A DNA stretch of 64,000 nucleotides. Source: Nitratifractor sp. GTDB taxonomy: Bacteria; Campylobacterota; Campylobacteria; Campylobacterales; Sulfurovaceae. Below the pieces are notes generated by a model. It was not told where the DNA came from and made no database searches. It saw nothing but the letters and a program-made list of their open reading frames with translations. Both the position numbers and the translations under genes were made by a program. Position 1 is the stretch's first letter; each line of letters begins with the position of its first letter. Location of the stretch: the NCBI GenBank assembly GCA_015491955.1, contig WGFZ01000067.1, positions 8,841-72,840 of the forward strand, in the 5' to 3' direction. Of the stretch, positions 29,245-39,638 are shown piece by piece.

Positions 29245-30006
29245 TTATTTTGCTTCTACTTGGCTAGAGGTGGAATTTGTACTATTAGCTTCAATCTTTT
29301 GAGTAGATTCCTCTTTTGTTCTTGTAGGCTCTTTAACTAAACTTAGATTATCTTCTGTTTTATTTACCTCTATAGTAATATCTTCTTTAGTCTCTTTAGA
29401 TACTGTTTTATTAAGCTCTTTTAAAGATTCTGAAGATGAAGATTGTCTAGTCGTAGTCTCCTTCTTACTCTCTTTTACTTGAGAAGAACTCTTTTTAGGT
29501 ACTGCTATCTTATCTATTTTAGGTACTGCATCACTTTTAACATTAACTCCATACTTAAATACAAGCTCTTTACCCTTTTTAGCAGTATTTAAAGTTAACA
29601 TTGTGAAGATAATAGTAAATAGTAAAAAGATAACTCTAATAGGCATTTTACGAATCATAATACTCAAAAGTTTAATAGAAAGTAGTATTACAGAGCCATA
29701 AACAAGATAGATTCCCTGATTTTTATGCTCTTGGAAGAGTCCATTAGCAACTTTTAAGCTATCTCCTGCGTGCTGTGCATCGGTTGTTCCAGTTATATAT
29801 GCACCAAATAGTATAACAGTTAGTAGTGTCATCAAAACAAAACTAAAAATGCCTAATGTTCTCTTTTTTGCAAATAAATTTATTAACTCTATAAAAAGAA
29901 TAATAATAGGTAGTGCAACAGCCAAATGGACTATACAAGGGTGTATCTCTAGTGGAATATGAAATGGTAGAGGAATAGCTGGGATTGAGAGAGCTGGTAA
30001 TGCCAT
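29245..30006 (-). CDS. DUF2231-like membrane protein with low-complexity C-terminal tail
   Basis: HPCIVHLAVALP, EH..G, G.ELVFKYG; K/E/S/T-rich tail. Confidence 0.75.
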   Translation of the reverse strand: MALPALSIPAIPLPFHIPLEIHPCIVHLAVALPIIILFIELINLFAKKRTLGIFSFVLMTLLTVILFGAYITGTTDAQHAGDSLKVANGLFQEHKNQGIYLVYGSVILLSIKLLSIMIRKMPIRVIFLLFTIIFTMLTLNTAKKGKELVFKYGVNVKSDAVPKIDKIAVPKKSSSQVKESKKETTTRQSSSSESLKELNKTVSKETKEDITIEVNKTEDNLSLVKEPTRTKEESTQKIEANSTNSTSSQVEAK

Positions 30007-30051
30007 AAAGACTCCTTAGACTAAAATAATTCTCATTATATCAAAGCAAAA

Positions 30052-30483
30052 CTAAAAGGGCTTAACTACAACAAAGATAACTATACCTATCATCAATAGA
30101 GTTGGTACTTCATTGTAAAATCTATAAAATTTTCCAGGTTTATAGTGAGGATTTTCAATCAATTTTTTACGATGATACTCTAAACTAAAGTGATAAGCTA
30201 TTAATAATGCTACAAAGAGTAGTTTTGCGTGCATCCAAGGCATTTTAAGTAGTGCTGAATTTAGCCACAGCATTGTACCTCCAGATATAATTGTTGCCCA
30301 CATTGCAGGGACTCCAATATATTTAAAAAGTTTATACTCTTGAATCTTGACTACCTCAACAAAACCACTATTATCCGCATTTTCACTATGATATACATAT
30401 AATCTTGGCTGATAAAATAGCATAGCCATCCAACTCATAAAACTCATAACGTGAAAAGCCAATATCCAACTATAATACTCCAT
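30052..30483 (-). CDS. hemJ: Protoporphyrinogen oxidase HemJ (CopD/UPF0093 family)
   Basis: AFHV..SWMA.LFY.PRLYVYH, WMHAKL, RFYNEVPT, VVVKPF. Confidence 0.93.
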   Translation of the reverse strand: MEYYSWILAFHVMSFMSWMAMLFYQPRLYVYHSENADNSGFVEVVKIQEYKLFKYIGVPAMWATIISGGTMLWLNSALLKMPWMHAKLLFVALLIAYHFSLEYHRKKLIENPHYKPGKFYRFYNEVPTLLMIGIVIFVVVKPF

Positions 30484-32091
30484 CTAATTTTTCTCCTTTT
30501 TAAAATCTTTATAAGACCAAATTATCAATTCGCTCTTGCCTCTATAATATCCTATCTCAGCTTTTTTTATAAATACTCTATCACCTCTTTTTACTCTCCA
30601 TTTTCTATTTTTAAAGTATAACTTTATTGGAACTCCATCAACTATTAATCGATAGTGTCTATATACCCCTTTTATAGATTTTACAACTCTATAACGATAA
30701 ATTGGATTATCCAACATAGATGGCTTAAAATCGACTATATAAGGAGATAGATTAACCTCGCCTCTATCCTTTATAATCTCAAAATCACCAATTTCAGATA
30801 TACCATAGTAGTGTTTTAATTTTAAAATAGCTAAATCATAACGTCTGCCCTCTTGTAGAGCTTTAGCTAAACCATATATCATAATTGCAGGTTCATTAGG
30901 AGACTCTTGAATAATGGCAGTTTTATCTCTTTTTAATACAACTACCACATCTTTAAGTAAGCGAGGTGATTTTAAACTATGAGTCATATTAAGTAGAGAT
31001 TTTATACTAATTGATGGATATTGAGAAAGTATTCTCTTTTTTATTAGCTTATGAGTAGAATCTTTCTCTTTTTTTTGAATATCTTCTTGCTTAGTAATAT
31101 CTGTTGTAAAAGTGGCATATAATGGTAGATGGTCAGAGAAGCCTTTTCCTATATGCTTACCATATCGATATCTCCATCTATTAATCTCTCCATATTTTCC
31201 AAATAGATAACTAGGTCTATATACTCCAAAACTTCCCTTTTTATACTCCCACCCCCTACCGTTAGCCAAAGATGGTGGAATAATAATAGCATCAATACCC
31301 TCTTTCTTACCAAAAAAGTTATAACTCCAACGTTTAGAGTTTGGAAGTTCTAACCAAAGAGTATAGTGTATAAATCTATCTTGATGAGAGTGAATATAGT
31401 TATAACTCACCATCTTATTATTTAGAGTTGTTGCTAAAATCTGATTAATACCTGTTTTTGAATTGGTATCATTATGTTTAGCATCAATAGTTTTATACTC
31501 TTGCCAATTACTATTAAAATCTCCTATTAAAATATACTCTACACCCTTAGAGAGTTTCATTAACCTCTTCTTTAGAGCTTTAGCATATAGGACTCTTTTA
31601 CTCTCAGGAGCTCTCTTTGAACGCCAATGATTTACAAAGATTTTAAGCGGAGGATTGGTAGCTAAATCTACCTCTAGTATATGACGCTGTCGTCCAAAGT
31701 GTGTTATTGGAATCTCTCTTTTTTTAGAAATTTTAATACGACTAAGTAGGGCAACTTGTATAGGAACATCTTTTGTAGTAGTGATAGCTCGGTAGCGATA
31801 GCTACACCCCACACGCTTTAGAAGTTTTTGAAGTTTAGCAAGAGCATTATCATTTTCAATCTCTTCAAGTCCAATTACATCGGCATTTAAATCACAAATC
31901 ACTTGGGCTGTATGCTCTAGTTTTTTACGAAAAATCTCCTTTGTCCAATTATGATGATTTGGGATATACTCTTTATACTCTGTACCATCTCTTTTCATAT
32001 CAAAGAGATTTTCTACATTCCACTGTGCAACTTTAATAGTTTGAGAAAAGAGAGATAGAGTAAAAAGAGTAGCTATAAGGTATTTAAACAT
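30484..32091 (-). CDS. Secreted endonuclease/exonuclease/phosphatase family protein
   Basis: WNVENLFD, GLEEIEN, NHWRSK, GDFN, SDHLP; C-terminal OB-like region. Confidence 0.88.
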   Translation of the reverse strand: MFKYLIATLFTLSLFSQTIKVAQWNVENLFDMKRDGTEYKEYIPNHHNWTKEIFRKKLEHTAQVICDLNADVIGLEEIENDNALAKLQKLLKRVGCSYRYRAITTTKDVPIQVALLSRIKISKKREIPITHFGRQRHILEVDLATNPPLKIFVNHWRSKRAPESKRVLYAKALKKRLMKLSKGVEYILIGDFNSNWQEYKTIDAKHNDTNSKTGINQILATTLNNKMVSYNYIHSHQDRFIHYTLWLELPNSKRWSYNFFGKKEGIDAIIIPPSLANGRGWEYKKGSFGVYRPSYLFGKYGEINRWRYRYGKHIGKGFSDHLPLYATFTTDITKQEDIQKKEKDSTHKLIKKRILSQYPSISIKSLLNMTHSLKSPRLLKDVVVVLKRDKTAIIQESPNEPAIMIYGLAKALQEGRRYDLAILKLKHYYGISEIGDFEIIKDRGEVNLSPYIVDFKPSMLDNPIYRYRVVKSIKGVYRHYRLIVDGVPIKLYFKNRKWRVKRGDRVFIKKAEIGYYRGKSELIIWSYKDFKKEKN

Positions 32092-32475
32092 CTAAACACC
32101 ATAAATACGTTGAAATAACCCCATTCCCATAACTGTTGCACTCAACGACAAGAGAACATTTAAAAAGATATTTATAAGAGCTTTAATAATTAATCCCTCT
32201 TGAAGCATTAAAATAGTCTCAAGTGAAAAGGTTGAAAAGGTGGTCAAAGCTCCAAGCATTCCTGTAACTAAAATAGCCTTTTGAATAGGAGCAACACTCT
32301 GTTCAAAATATAGATATAAAAATCCAATTATAAAGCTACCTAATATATTAACACTCAAAGTTCCATAGGCAAAACCTGCACCAAAGAGTTTTTGGACAGC
32401 TGTGGAGATAAGAAAACGCCCAACCGCACCAAATGCTCCACCAAGAGCTACTGCTAAGATAATCTGTATTCCCAT
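32092..32475 (-). CDS. crcB: Fluoride efflux channel Fluc/CrcB
   Basis: GGAFGAVGRF, GTLSVNILGSF, GALTTFSTF. Confidence 0.95.
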   Translation of the reverse strand: MGIQIILAVALGGAFGAVGRFLISTAVQKLFGAGFAYGTLSVNILGSFIIGFLYLYFEQSVAPIQKAILVTGMLGALTTFSTFSLETILMLQEGLIIKALINIFLNVLLSLSATVMGMGLFQRIYGV

Positions 32476-32476
32476 A

Positions 32477-32827
32477 CTAGTCTCGCCCTTTAGTTACACT
32501 TTTATAGCGTATAACATCAATATCACTTAATGTTACCAATCCTTCACCAATCATAGAGTCATAACGCTCTAAAAATCGATAGATATTATCTTCAGAGTCA
32601 ATAACCTCTATAATAATAGGAAGCTTTTGAGAGAGAGACCAAATCTCAAAGGTGTGAAGCTCACTATGGACACCTATTCCAGCAGAAGCCTTAATTAGTG
32701 TTGCACCTGCTAAATTTTCCTCTTTAATCTTTTTAAAAAGCTCTTGCCAAAGAGGTTTTCCATCAAAGATATCAGAGTTATCTAAATAGATTCTCATAAC
32801 TTTTTTACTTCCTAAATACCTTTTCAA
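32477..32827 (-). CDS. DUF190 domain protein (PII-like, commonly beside crcB)
   Basis: MRIYL, GATL, LSQKLPIIIEVID, GLVTL; TTG start with AAGGA SD. Confidence 0.88.
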   Translation of the reverse strand: MKRYLGSKKVMRIYLDNSDIFDGKPLWQELFKKIKEENLAGATLIKASAGIGVHSELHTFEIWSLSQKLPIIIEVIDSEDNIYRFLERYDSMIGEGLVTLSDIDVIRYKSVTKGRD

Positions 32828-32845
32828 AATATATCCTTTATTTTT

Positions 32846-33217
32846 CTAATCCTCAAAAATTATAAGATCATAGCGACTCTTCTTAACTACTGCTTTACCA
32901 ACTGGAACTACTCCATTTTTATTACTTTGACGAAGCTCCTCTCTTAGATAATCAATCTCTTGTTCCATCTTCTCCATCTGCTCTTTAAGCCTCAAGATAA
33001 CATCAACTCCAGCTAAATTTATTCCCATATCTCTAGTAAGACGTAAAATCATCTTCATTCTATCAATATCTCTTTGAGAATATAGACGCATACGCCCTTG
33101 AGTACGCTTAGGTTCTATTAGACCATCACGCTCATATTGACGTAGAGTCTGTGGGTGTATTTTAAGCATATTTGCAACTACACTAATTAGATATACTGGT
33201 TCATCATAACTATGCAT
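32846..33217 (-). CDS. hspR: Heat-shock repressor HspR (MerR family)
   Basis: YDEPVYLISVVA, IHPQTLRQYER, GINLAGV. Confidence 0.95.
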   Translation of the reverse strand: MHSYDEPVYLISVVANMLKIHPQTLRQYERDGLIEPKRTQGRMRLYSQRDIDRMKMILRLTRDMGINLAGVDVILRLKEQMEKMEQEIDYLREELRQSNKNGVVPVGKAVVKKSRYDLIIFED

Positions 33218-33228
33218 TTCTATTCTCC

Positions 33229-34128
33229 TTAGGCATCTGGGAGCTTACTCTCACAAAGACTCTTCAAATCCTCTGGTAAAGAATCAACATCAGGTAAAAT
33301 AATATTAGCTATAAGATATAAATCTCCTCTTACTCCACCTCTTCTATCTGGAACACCCTTCTCTTTTAGACGAAACTTTTGACCATTTTTAGTATTTTTA
33401 GGAATCTTTAGTGATACCTCCTTTTCAGGAGTATTTACTTTAATTTTTCCTCCAAACAGAGCTATTTTTAGTGGGATATCTATACTTTTATAGAGATTAT
33501 TACCTTTAAGTTCATACTCATTTGATGAAGCTACCTCAACAGTTATTAATAAATCACCTCTTTGACCTTGCCAACTCTTGCCTTTACCTCTTACACGAAG
33601 AGTCTCACCACTTTTAATTCCTGCTGGGATTTTAATATCAAAACTATCTCCCTCTTGTGTAGTAATATGGTGTTTACCACCTGTAATTATTACACTAAAT
33701 GGAACTGTAATTTTACTTCTAATATCTAAATCTGGTGTTCCATATCCACCAAATCCTCTACTAGATTGATGAGAATTAAATCCTCCACCTCCGCTACTAA
33801 AACCACCAAAGCCACCAAAGCCTCCGCCTCCACCAAACATTGAGCGTAAAATCTCTTCAAGGTCAACATCAGTTCCTTGACCTCTAGCAAAATCACTAAA
33901 GTTTTGCCCACCAAACATCTGATCCCCAAATTGGTCATATTTTGCCTTCTTTTCAGAATCACTCAATACTTCATAAGCAGCATTAATCTCTTTAAACTTC
34001 TCTTGAGCCTCTGGATCTTTATTTATATCTGGGTGGTATTTTCTTGCCAATTTTCTATAAGCTTTTTTAATCTCATCAGCAGTAGCACTCTCACTAACTC
34101 CTAATGTCTCATATAGACTCTTTGCCAT
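33229..34128 (-). CDS. cbpA: DnaJ-class co-chaperone CbpA (no zinc finger)
   Basis: J-domain with HPD, G/F-rich region, DnaJ C-terminal domain; directly upstream of hspR. Confidence 0.9.
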   Translation of the reverse strand: MAKSLYETLGVSESATADEIKKAYRKLARKYHPDINKDPEAQEKFKEINAAYEVLSDSEKKAKYDQFGDQMFGGQNFSDFARGQGTDVDLEEILRSMFGGGGGFGGFGGFSSGGGGFNSHQSSRGFGGYGTPDLDIRSKITVPFSVIITGGKHHITTQEGDSFDIKIPAGIKSGETLRVRGKGKSWQGQRGDLLITVEVASSNEYELKGNNLYKSIDIPLKIALFGGKIKVNTPEKEVSLKIPKNTKNGQKFRLKEKGVPDRRGGVRGDLYLIANIILPDVDSLPEDLKSLCESKLPDA

Positions 34129-34182
34129 TCTCTTACTCCTTAAGACCCCCTTCCAAAATGGGGTCTAAGTAAATTTTAGGTG

Positions 34183-34217
34183 ATTATATCAAAAAAGTTT
34201 AGTCGATGTCAATCAAC
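34183..34217 (-). promoter_or_regulatory. Sigma70 promoter of cbpA-hspR with overlapping HAIR-like HspR operator
   Basis: Minus strand TTGACA (34207-34212), 18 nt, TATAAT (34183-34188) with TG extension; GTTTAGT-N7-AATCAAC (34197-34217) matches CTTGAGT-N7-ACTCAAG at 10/14. Confidence 0.7.
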
Positions 34218-34222
34218 TATTA

Positions 34223-35755
34223 TTAATGTAAAAAATGTCTTACACCTGTAAAATATAGAGCTATACCATACTCATTAGATGCCTCAATAACCTCATCATC
34301 TCTAATGCTTCCACCTGGTTCAATAATAGCTCTAACACCAGCTTTAGACGCGGCATCTATACTATCACGGAATGGGAAAAAGGCTTCACTAGCCATAGCA
34401 GAGCCACTTACATCTAAGCCCATCTCTTTAGCTTTTTTCAAAGCACACTGTGCAGAATCTACTCTTGATGTCATTCCCATTCCAACTGCTACCATTGCAG
34501 AGTTCTTAACATATACAACACAGTTAGATTTAGTTAAACCTGCAACTTTCCACGCAATTTGCATATCTTTTAACTCTTGCTCAGTCGCTGGAGTTTTGCT
34601 CACTAATTTAGCTCCACTAACCTCATTATCACATATACAATCAGCACTTTGATATACAAAACCACCATCGATATGTTTAAAGTCTGCCTTATCACCTGCT
34701 AGAACTAAATGCTCACTCTTTTGAGCAAAAAGTTTAATTCGTTTTTTACTAGAGAATACTTCAACTGCCTCTTTTGTAAAATCTCCAGCGATAATAACTT
34801 CTAAAAATATTTCATTCATCTTTTTAGCTAGAGTCTCATCAACAATACCATTAACAGCAACAACACCACCAAATGCACTTATAGGGTCGCACTTTAAAGC
34901 CTCTGTATAACTCTCAAGTAGATTAGATTTTATAGCAAAGCCACAAGGGTTTCCGTGTTTAACTATACATATAGCAGGTTCATCTCCGAAGGCTGAAGCA
35001 ATCTTAATAGCTCCATTAATATCTGTCATATTATTGAAACTAGCTTCACCTTTTAGAGTGTGAAAATGCTTTGAGAAGTGTTTATCAAACTGATAAAGAG
35101 CCCCTTGCTGATGAGGATTTTCTCCATATCGAGTATCAAATACTTTACGCCCACTAATAAATTGATAACGTCCAAAGCCTTCATTAAAACGTCCATTCAT
35201 ATAGTTAGCAATCATAGCATCATAAGAGGCTGTATGTTCAAAAGCTTTAATCATAAGATTACGACGAAACTCTAAATCATCTCTTTTTTCTCTAAGTGCA
35301 TCAATTACTAAATCATAATCTTTACTATCTGTTACAATTAAGACATCTTGGAAATTTTTTGCACTTGAACGAACCATAGTAGGTCCACCAATATCTATAT
35401 TTTCAATAATCTCATCAAAATCATCAGTTTTCTCTATTGTCTCTTTAAATGGATATAGGTTTACACAAACTAAATCAATTCCACTAATTCCAAGCTCTTT
35501 TGCCTCTTTTTGGTGAGCTTCATCATCTCTTTTATATAAAATACCTCCGTGAACATAAGGGTTAAGTGTCTTTACACGTCCTTCAAAACACTCTGGAAAT
35601 TTTGTAACTGCATCAATCTCTGTTACATTAAGTCCAGCCTCTTTTAATATTTTGTAAGTTCCACCTGTAGAGATAATCTCCCAATCCAATTCAATCAAAG
35701 CACTTGCAAATTCTACAATTCCACTCTTATCGCTTACACTTAATAACGCTCGCAT
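34223..35755 (-). CDS. purH: Bifunctional AICAR transformylase / IMP cyclohydrolase
   Basis: [41 protein letters not shown]. Confidence 0.97.
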   Translation of the reverse strand: MRALLSVSDKSGIVEFASALIELDWEIISTGGTYKILKEAGLNVTEIDAVTKFPECFEGRVKTLNPYVHGGILYKRDDEAHQKEAKELGISGIDLVCVNLYPFKETIEKTDDFDEIIENIDIGGPTMVRSSAKNFQDVLIVTDSKDYDLVIDALREKRDDLEFRRNLMIKAFEHTASYDAMIANYMNGRFNEGFGRYQFISGRKVFDTRYGENPHQQGALYQFDKHFSKHFHTLKGEASFNNMTDINGAIKIASAFGDEPAICIVKHGNPCGFAIKSNLLESYTEALKCDPISAFGGVVAVNGIVDETLAKKMNEIFLEVIIAGDFTKEAVEVFSSKKRIKLFAQKSEHLVLAGDKADFKHIDGGFVYQSADCICDNEVSGAKLVSKTPATEQELKDMQIAWKVAGLTKSNCVVYVKNSAMVAVGMGMTSRVDSAQCALKKAKEMGLDVSGSAMASEAFFPFRDSIDAASKAGVRAIIEPGGSIRDDEVIEASNEYGIALYFTGVRHFLH

Positions 35756-35859
35756 CGCTACCCTTTATCTATTTTTAACCCAATTATATCTTAGGGATAA
35801 TAAAAGAGGCGAAGATTAAAGAGTCTAACTCTATAATCGTAAAAAAATAAAGGATTTTT

Positions 35860-36579
35860 ATGATTATTATTCCTGCAAGAATTGGTTCATCAAGATTTCC
35901 TAGCAAGGTATTAGCAGATATTCAAGGTATTCCTATGGTTATTAGAACAGCTCAAGCTGTCTTATCTCTTGATACAGTTGTTATTGCTACAGATAGTAAG
36001 GAGGTGATTGATATTGCTAAAGAGTATGATATTAGAGCTATAATGACTTCAAACGAACATAAATCTGGTACTGATAGGATATATGAAGCATCTAAACTTC
36101 TTGGACTCATTGATGATGAGATAATTTTAAATATACAAGCAGATGAACCTTTTATAGAAGAAGATGTTGTAGAGAGTGTATATAATCTAACAAAAGCATC
36201 TGCAAAAGATGAAAATATACTAGCTTGTAGTGCCTACAAGATTGTAAGTAATCCTGAAGCTGATGACCCCAATCTTGTAAAAGTTGTAACAGATGAAAAT
36301 AATCTAGCTCTTTACTTCTCTCGTGCAAAGATTCCATATCCAAGAGACCACCACTTTAATAGATACAAAGGACACCTTGGAATATATGGATATACAATGA
36401 AATCTCTTCGTAAATACTGCTCTTTAAAAGCTTCATCACTTGAGCAGATAGAGAAATTGGAGCAGTTAAGAATTTTAGAACATGGCTATAAGATAGCTAT
36501 GGTAGAGGTAGAGAGTGAGAGTTTGGGAATTGACACCCCACAAGACCTTCAAAAGGCTCTAAAGAGACATCTTCTTTAG
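35860..36579 (+). CDS. kdsB: 3-deoxy-manno-octulosonate cytidylyltransferase
   Basis: IIPARIGSSRFP.K, SGTDR, QADEP, LYFSR, EKLEQLR. Confidence 0.95.
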   Translation: MIIIPARIGSSRFPSKVLADIQGIPMVIRTAQAVLSLDTVVIATDSKEVIDIAKEYDIRAIMTSNEHKSGTDRIYEASKLLGLIDDEIILNIQADEPFIEEDVVESVYNLTKASAKDENILACSAYKIVSNPEADDPNLVKVVTDENNLALYFSRAKIPYPRDHHFNRYKGHLGIYGYTMKSLRKYCSLKASSLEQIEKLEQLRILEHGYKIAMVEVESESLGIDTPQDLQKALKRHLL

Positions 36580-36584
36580 TCTCT

Positions 36585-37838
36585 CTATCCAGCCTTCTTA
36601 ACCGCACTTCCTAGACCCCACATTGGCATAAATATTCCAAGTGCTAGTAGTAAAACTAAACCAGCAATAAAGAACATCATAATTGGCTCAATATATCCAG
36701 ATAAGTTTTCAATAATATCTTGAAAGTGCATATTGTAATAATCACTTACTTTACCAACCATCATATCAAGCTGACCACTAGCCTCTCCTGCTTTAATCAT
36801 CTGTAAAAGCATCTTTTCAAATAGACCTGTTTGCTCATAGGCTTCGGTTAGACTCAATCCTCTACCAATATTTGCATTAACTGTCTCAAGTTTCTCTTTA
36901 ATATATGAATTTGTTACCATTCCAACGGCTGTCTCTAATGCCTCTGAAATTGGGATACCAGCCTTTACCAACTCCCCAAATACAAGTGTATAACTATACA
37001 TAGCGTTATAAAAGATAACATTACTAATTAAATAGACCTTTTTCTCGATAATAAATCTATCAATATTATATTTAAAACTTGGATTATTTTTATACATAAA
37101 TAAAAATGTATATATACCACCAAATAACATAGCAAGTAGTAATAATCCATAGTGGTTAAAGGCATACTCAAGTGCTAATAAAATTTTAGTTGGAACAGGA
37201 AGGTCAGCGTGTAGCTCTTCAAAAATCTTTTTAAACTTTGGAACAACAAGCATAATAAGAGCAACAAAGGCTATACCCATAGCTGATAGGGTTGTAATTG
37301 GATATCTAAGGGCTTTTTTAAATTTTCCTGTATTATCTCTAACATTTTCAAGAATCTCAGCTAGTTTAGAGAAAGCTGTGGAGAAGTTTCCTGTCTTCTC
37401 TCCCAAGTTTGTCATAGCCATAGTTACGTGTCCAAACTCTTCAGCATAAGGCTCCATCGCTTGAGACATACTCTTACCAGCATTAATATCTGAAGATATT
37501 TTCTCAAAAATCTCTTTAAGACGTGGATTTCCTGAGTTTGCAGCAATATCATCAAGTGTATCAGTAATACTAATTCCAGCATCTGTCATTACTGAAATTT
37601 GACGTATAGCAGCGATTTTATCTTCAGCCTTAACCTTTCCTTGACTACTCTTTTTAAAATCTTTTAAAATCTTTTCTAAAATTGCACTCAAAGGTGTAGA
37701 TGTCTCTTCTGTCTTTACGACAAGAGCTTTAGGAAACTCCTTTTTTGCTTTTGCAACAGCAGACCTTTTATTAGAAGCCTCATAGACTTGTGTAGTCTTT
37801 TTTCCTTTTTGCATTAAAGTTATTCTAAAATACATCAC
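36585..37838 (-). CDS. Type II secretion / type IV pilus platform protein (GspF/PilC; CtsF/MshG-like)
   Basis: GEKTG, ALRYP, VVPKF, LPVPT, GEASG, IEP, FMPMW. Confidence 0.92.
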   Translation of the reverse strand: MMYFRITLMQKGKKTTQVYEASNKRSAVAKAKKEFPKALVVKTEETSTPLSAILEKILKDFKKSSQGKVKAEDKIAAIRQISVMTDAGISITDTLDDIAANSGNPRLKEIFEKISSDINAGKSMSQAMEPYAEEFGHVTMAMTNLGEKTGNFSTAFSKLAEILENVRDNTGKFKKALRYPITTLSAMGIAFVALIMLVVPKFKKIFEELHADLPVPTKILLALEYAFNHYGLLLLAMLFGGIYTFLFMYKNNPSFKYNIDRFIIEKKVYLISNVIFYNAMYSYTLVFGELVKAGIPISEALETAVGMVTNSYIKEKLETVNANIGRGLSLTEAYEQTGLFEKMLLQMIKAGEASGQLDMMVGKVSDYYNMHFQDIIENLSGYIEPIMMFFIAGLVLLLALGIFMPMWGLGSAVKKAG

Positions 37839-39583
37839 TATAACCTTGCTACTCTAAATATCTCTTCAACTGTTGTTCTACCCATTAGAGCTTTTTCTAT
37901 CCCATCTTCAAACATTGTAATAAATCCCTCTTTCATAGCCTGTTCTGTCAATTGCTCTTTTGTGGCGTCTGCGGCAACCATTCGAGAAAGAGTATCACTA
38001 ACAGTTAAAACCTCAGATATCATCTCTCTTCCTAAATATCCCGTATTATTACACTCTTTACAACCTGCACCATGATAAAAAGTTGGAGAGTCTGTTTTTA
38101 GGTAAGGAGAGATCTCCTCCATAAGATGGCTACTAAGCACTTGAGGTGTTTTACAAAATTGGCAAATTTTACGTACAAGTCTCTGTGCTTGAATTGCAAC
38201 AAGAGCTCCACTTACAAGATAACTCTCAATACCCATATCGATAATTCTAGTTACTGCACTAATAGCATCATTAGTGTGAAGTGTTGAAAGGACTAAGTGT
38301 CCTGTTAGAGCTGCTTGAATAGCAATACGAAGAGTCTCATTATCACGAATCTCCCCAATCATAATCTTATCAGGGTCTTGACGCAAAATAGAACGAAGTG
38401 CATCAGAAAAACTTAGCCCTGCATGTGCATTTACTTGAACTTGTTGAATACCTCCCATTTGATACTCCACTGGGTCTTCAACTGTAATAATTTTATCTTT
38501 GGTATCTCTAATAGCATTTAATGCTCCATAGAGTGTAGTTGTTTTACCACTTCCTGTAGGACCTGTTACTAGAACAATTCCATAAGGTGCTTGAATACCT
38601 GTTGTAAATCTTTTATAACAAAACTCACTCATACCAGCATCTTCAAGACGAACCAATACCTTACTCTTATCCAAAATCCTTAAAACTATAGATTCTCCAA
38701 GCAAAGTAGGTAGTGTTGATAGACGGAAATCAAATTCACGCCCAGCTACCATAGCTGTAATACGTCCATCTTGAGGTTTACGTTTTTCAGCAATATCAAG
38801 ATTTGCCATTAGTTTAATTCTTGAAGCTAGTGGACTAAAGATATCTTTATCAAAGATAAAAGATTGTACTAACATTCCATCTATACGATCACGTACAACA
38901 CAGTTTTTCTCTGTTGCTTCTATGTGAATATCACTCGCACGTTTAATAACAGAGTTTTTAAATATCAAATCAATAAGTTTTAAAACAGCAGGGGATTCTC
39001 CCTCATCTTTTTCAGTTCCCCCCTCTCTCAAATCTTTACGAATATCATCAACATACTCTTTTAAGCTTTCACTCATCTCCATTCGTTGGAGAACTTCCAT
39101 AATCTTCTTAGGAACAGATGTGGCTACTTGTATTGGTTTACGCGGGAAGAGTCTTTGAATTGCATCTTGAGCCCCCATATCTAAGGGATCTTCAAAAACT
39201 ACTAAAACATTTAAATCTGTCTCTTCAACAGGAACAACTCTATAACGCTGTAATTGTGCGTAAGGGATACGAGTAAAAAGCTGTACATCAACTTCAACTT
39301 CATCAAGATCCACATAACGTATATGGAGCTTTTTTGCCACTTTTTTAACAATAGGTTCTAAATTTATTCCCTCTTTTTCCAACTCTTCAAGACGTATAAA
39401 TGGGAATTGTCCATTTCGGACTTTATCGGCAATATAATCTTCGACCTTCTCTAAATCAATAACATTCTCATTGATCATATTTGCCAATGTAACTTTTAAA
39501 GGAGGACGACGACGAATTAATTTTGCAAGATCTGCTTTTTTGATAATACCATCTCTAATCATCTGTTCTGTAAGTTCTAACAT
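37838..39583 (-). CDS. GspE/PulE/PilB family assembly ATPase (CtsE/MshE-like)
   Basis: ASDIHIE, PQDGR, GPTGSGKTT, TVEDPVE, RQDPD, GHLVLSTLH, tetra-Cys motif. Confidence 0.95.
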   Translation of the reverse strand: MLELTEQMIRDGIIKKADLAKLIRRRPPLKVTLANMINENVIDLEKVEDYIADKVRNGQFPFIRLEELEKEGINLEPIVKKVAKKLHIRYVDLDEVEVDVQLFTRIPYAQLQRYRVVPVEETDLNVLVVFEDPLDMGAQDAIQRLFPRKPIQVATSVPKKIMEVLQRMEMSESLKEYVDDIRKDLREGGTEKDEGESPAVLKLIDLIFKNSVIKRASDIHIEATEKNCVVRDRIDGMLVQSFIFDKDIFSPLASRIKLMANLDIAEKRKPQDGRITAMVAGREFDFRLSTLPTLLGESIVLRILDKSKVLVRLEDAGMSEFCYKRFTTGIQAPYGIVLVTGPTGSGKTTTLYGALNAIRDTKDKIITVEDPVEYQMGGIQQVQVNAHAGLSFSDALRSILRQDPDKIMIGEIRDNETLRIAIQAALTGHLVLSTLHTNDAISAVTRIIDMGIESYLVSGALVAIQAQRLVRKICQFCKTPQVLSSHLMEEISPYLKTDSPTFYHGAGCKECNNTGYLGREMISEVLTVSDTLSRMVAADATKEQLTEQAMKEGFITMFEDGIEKALMGRTTVEEIFRVARL

Positions 39584-39638
39584 CTTGTCCCCTCTATTAA
39601 AATATTTCTATTAAATTATATCTAAGATAAAAGTAAAT

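Noticed and set aside
32828-32845. Possible fluoride riboswitch upstream of DUF190-crcB
   Set aside because: Only 18 nt of intergenic space and no GGCGAUGG-like core seen
33780-33835. Repetitive ccaccaaag / cctcc sequence
   Set aside because: Encodes the normal G/F-rich linker of the DnaJ-family protein; not a CRISPR or DNA-level repeat
34305-34652. 115-aa + strand ORF and similar short antisense ORFs (e.g. 4488-4781, 15453-15737, 23525-23794, 42556-42882, 61661-62120)
   Set aside because: All lie opposite well-conserved genes and lack SDs or recognisable motifs
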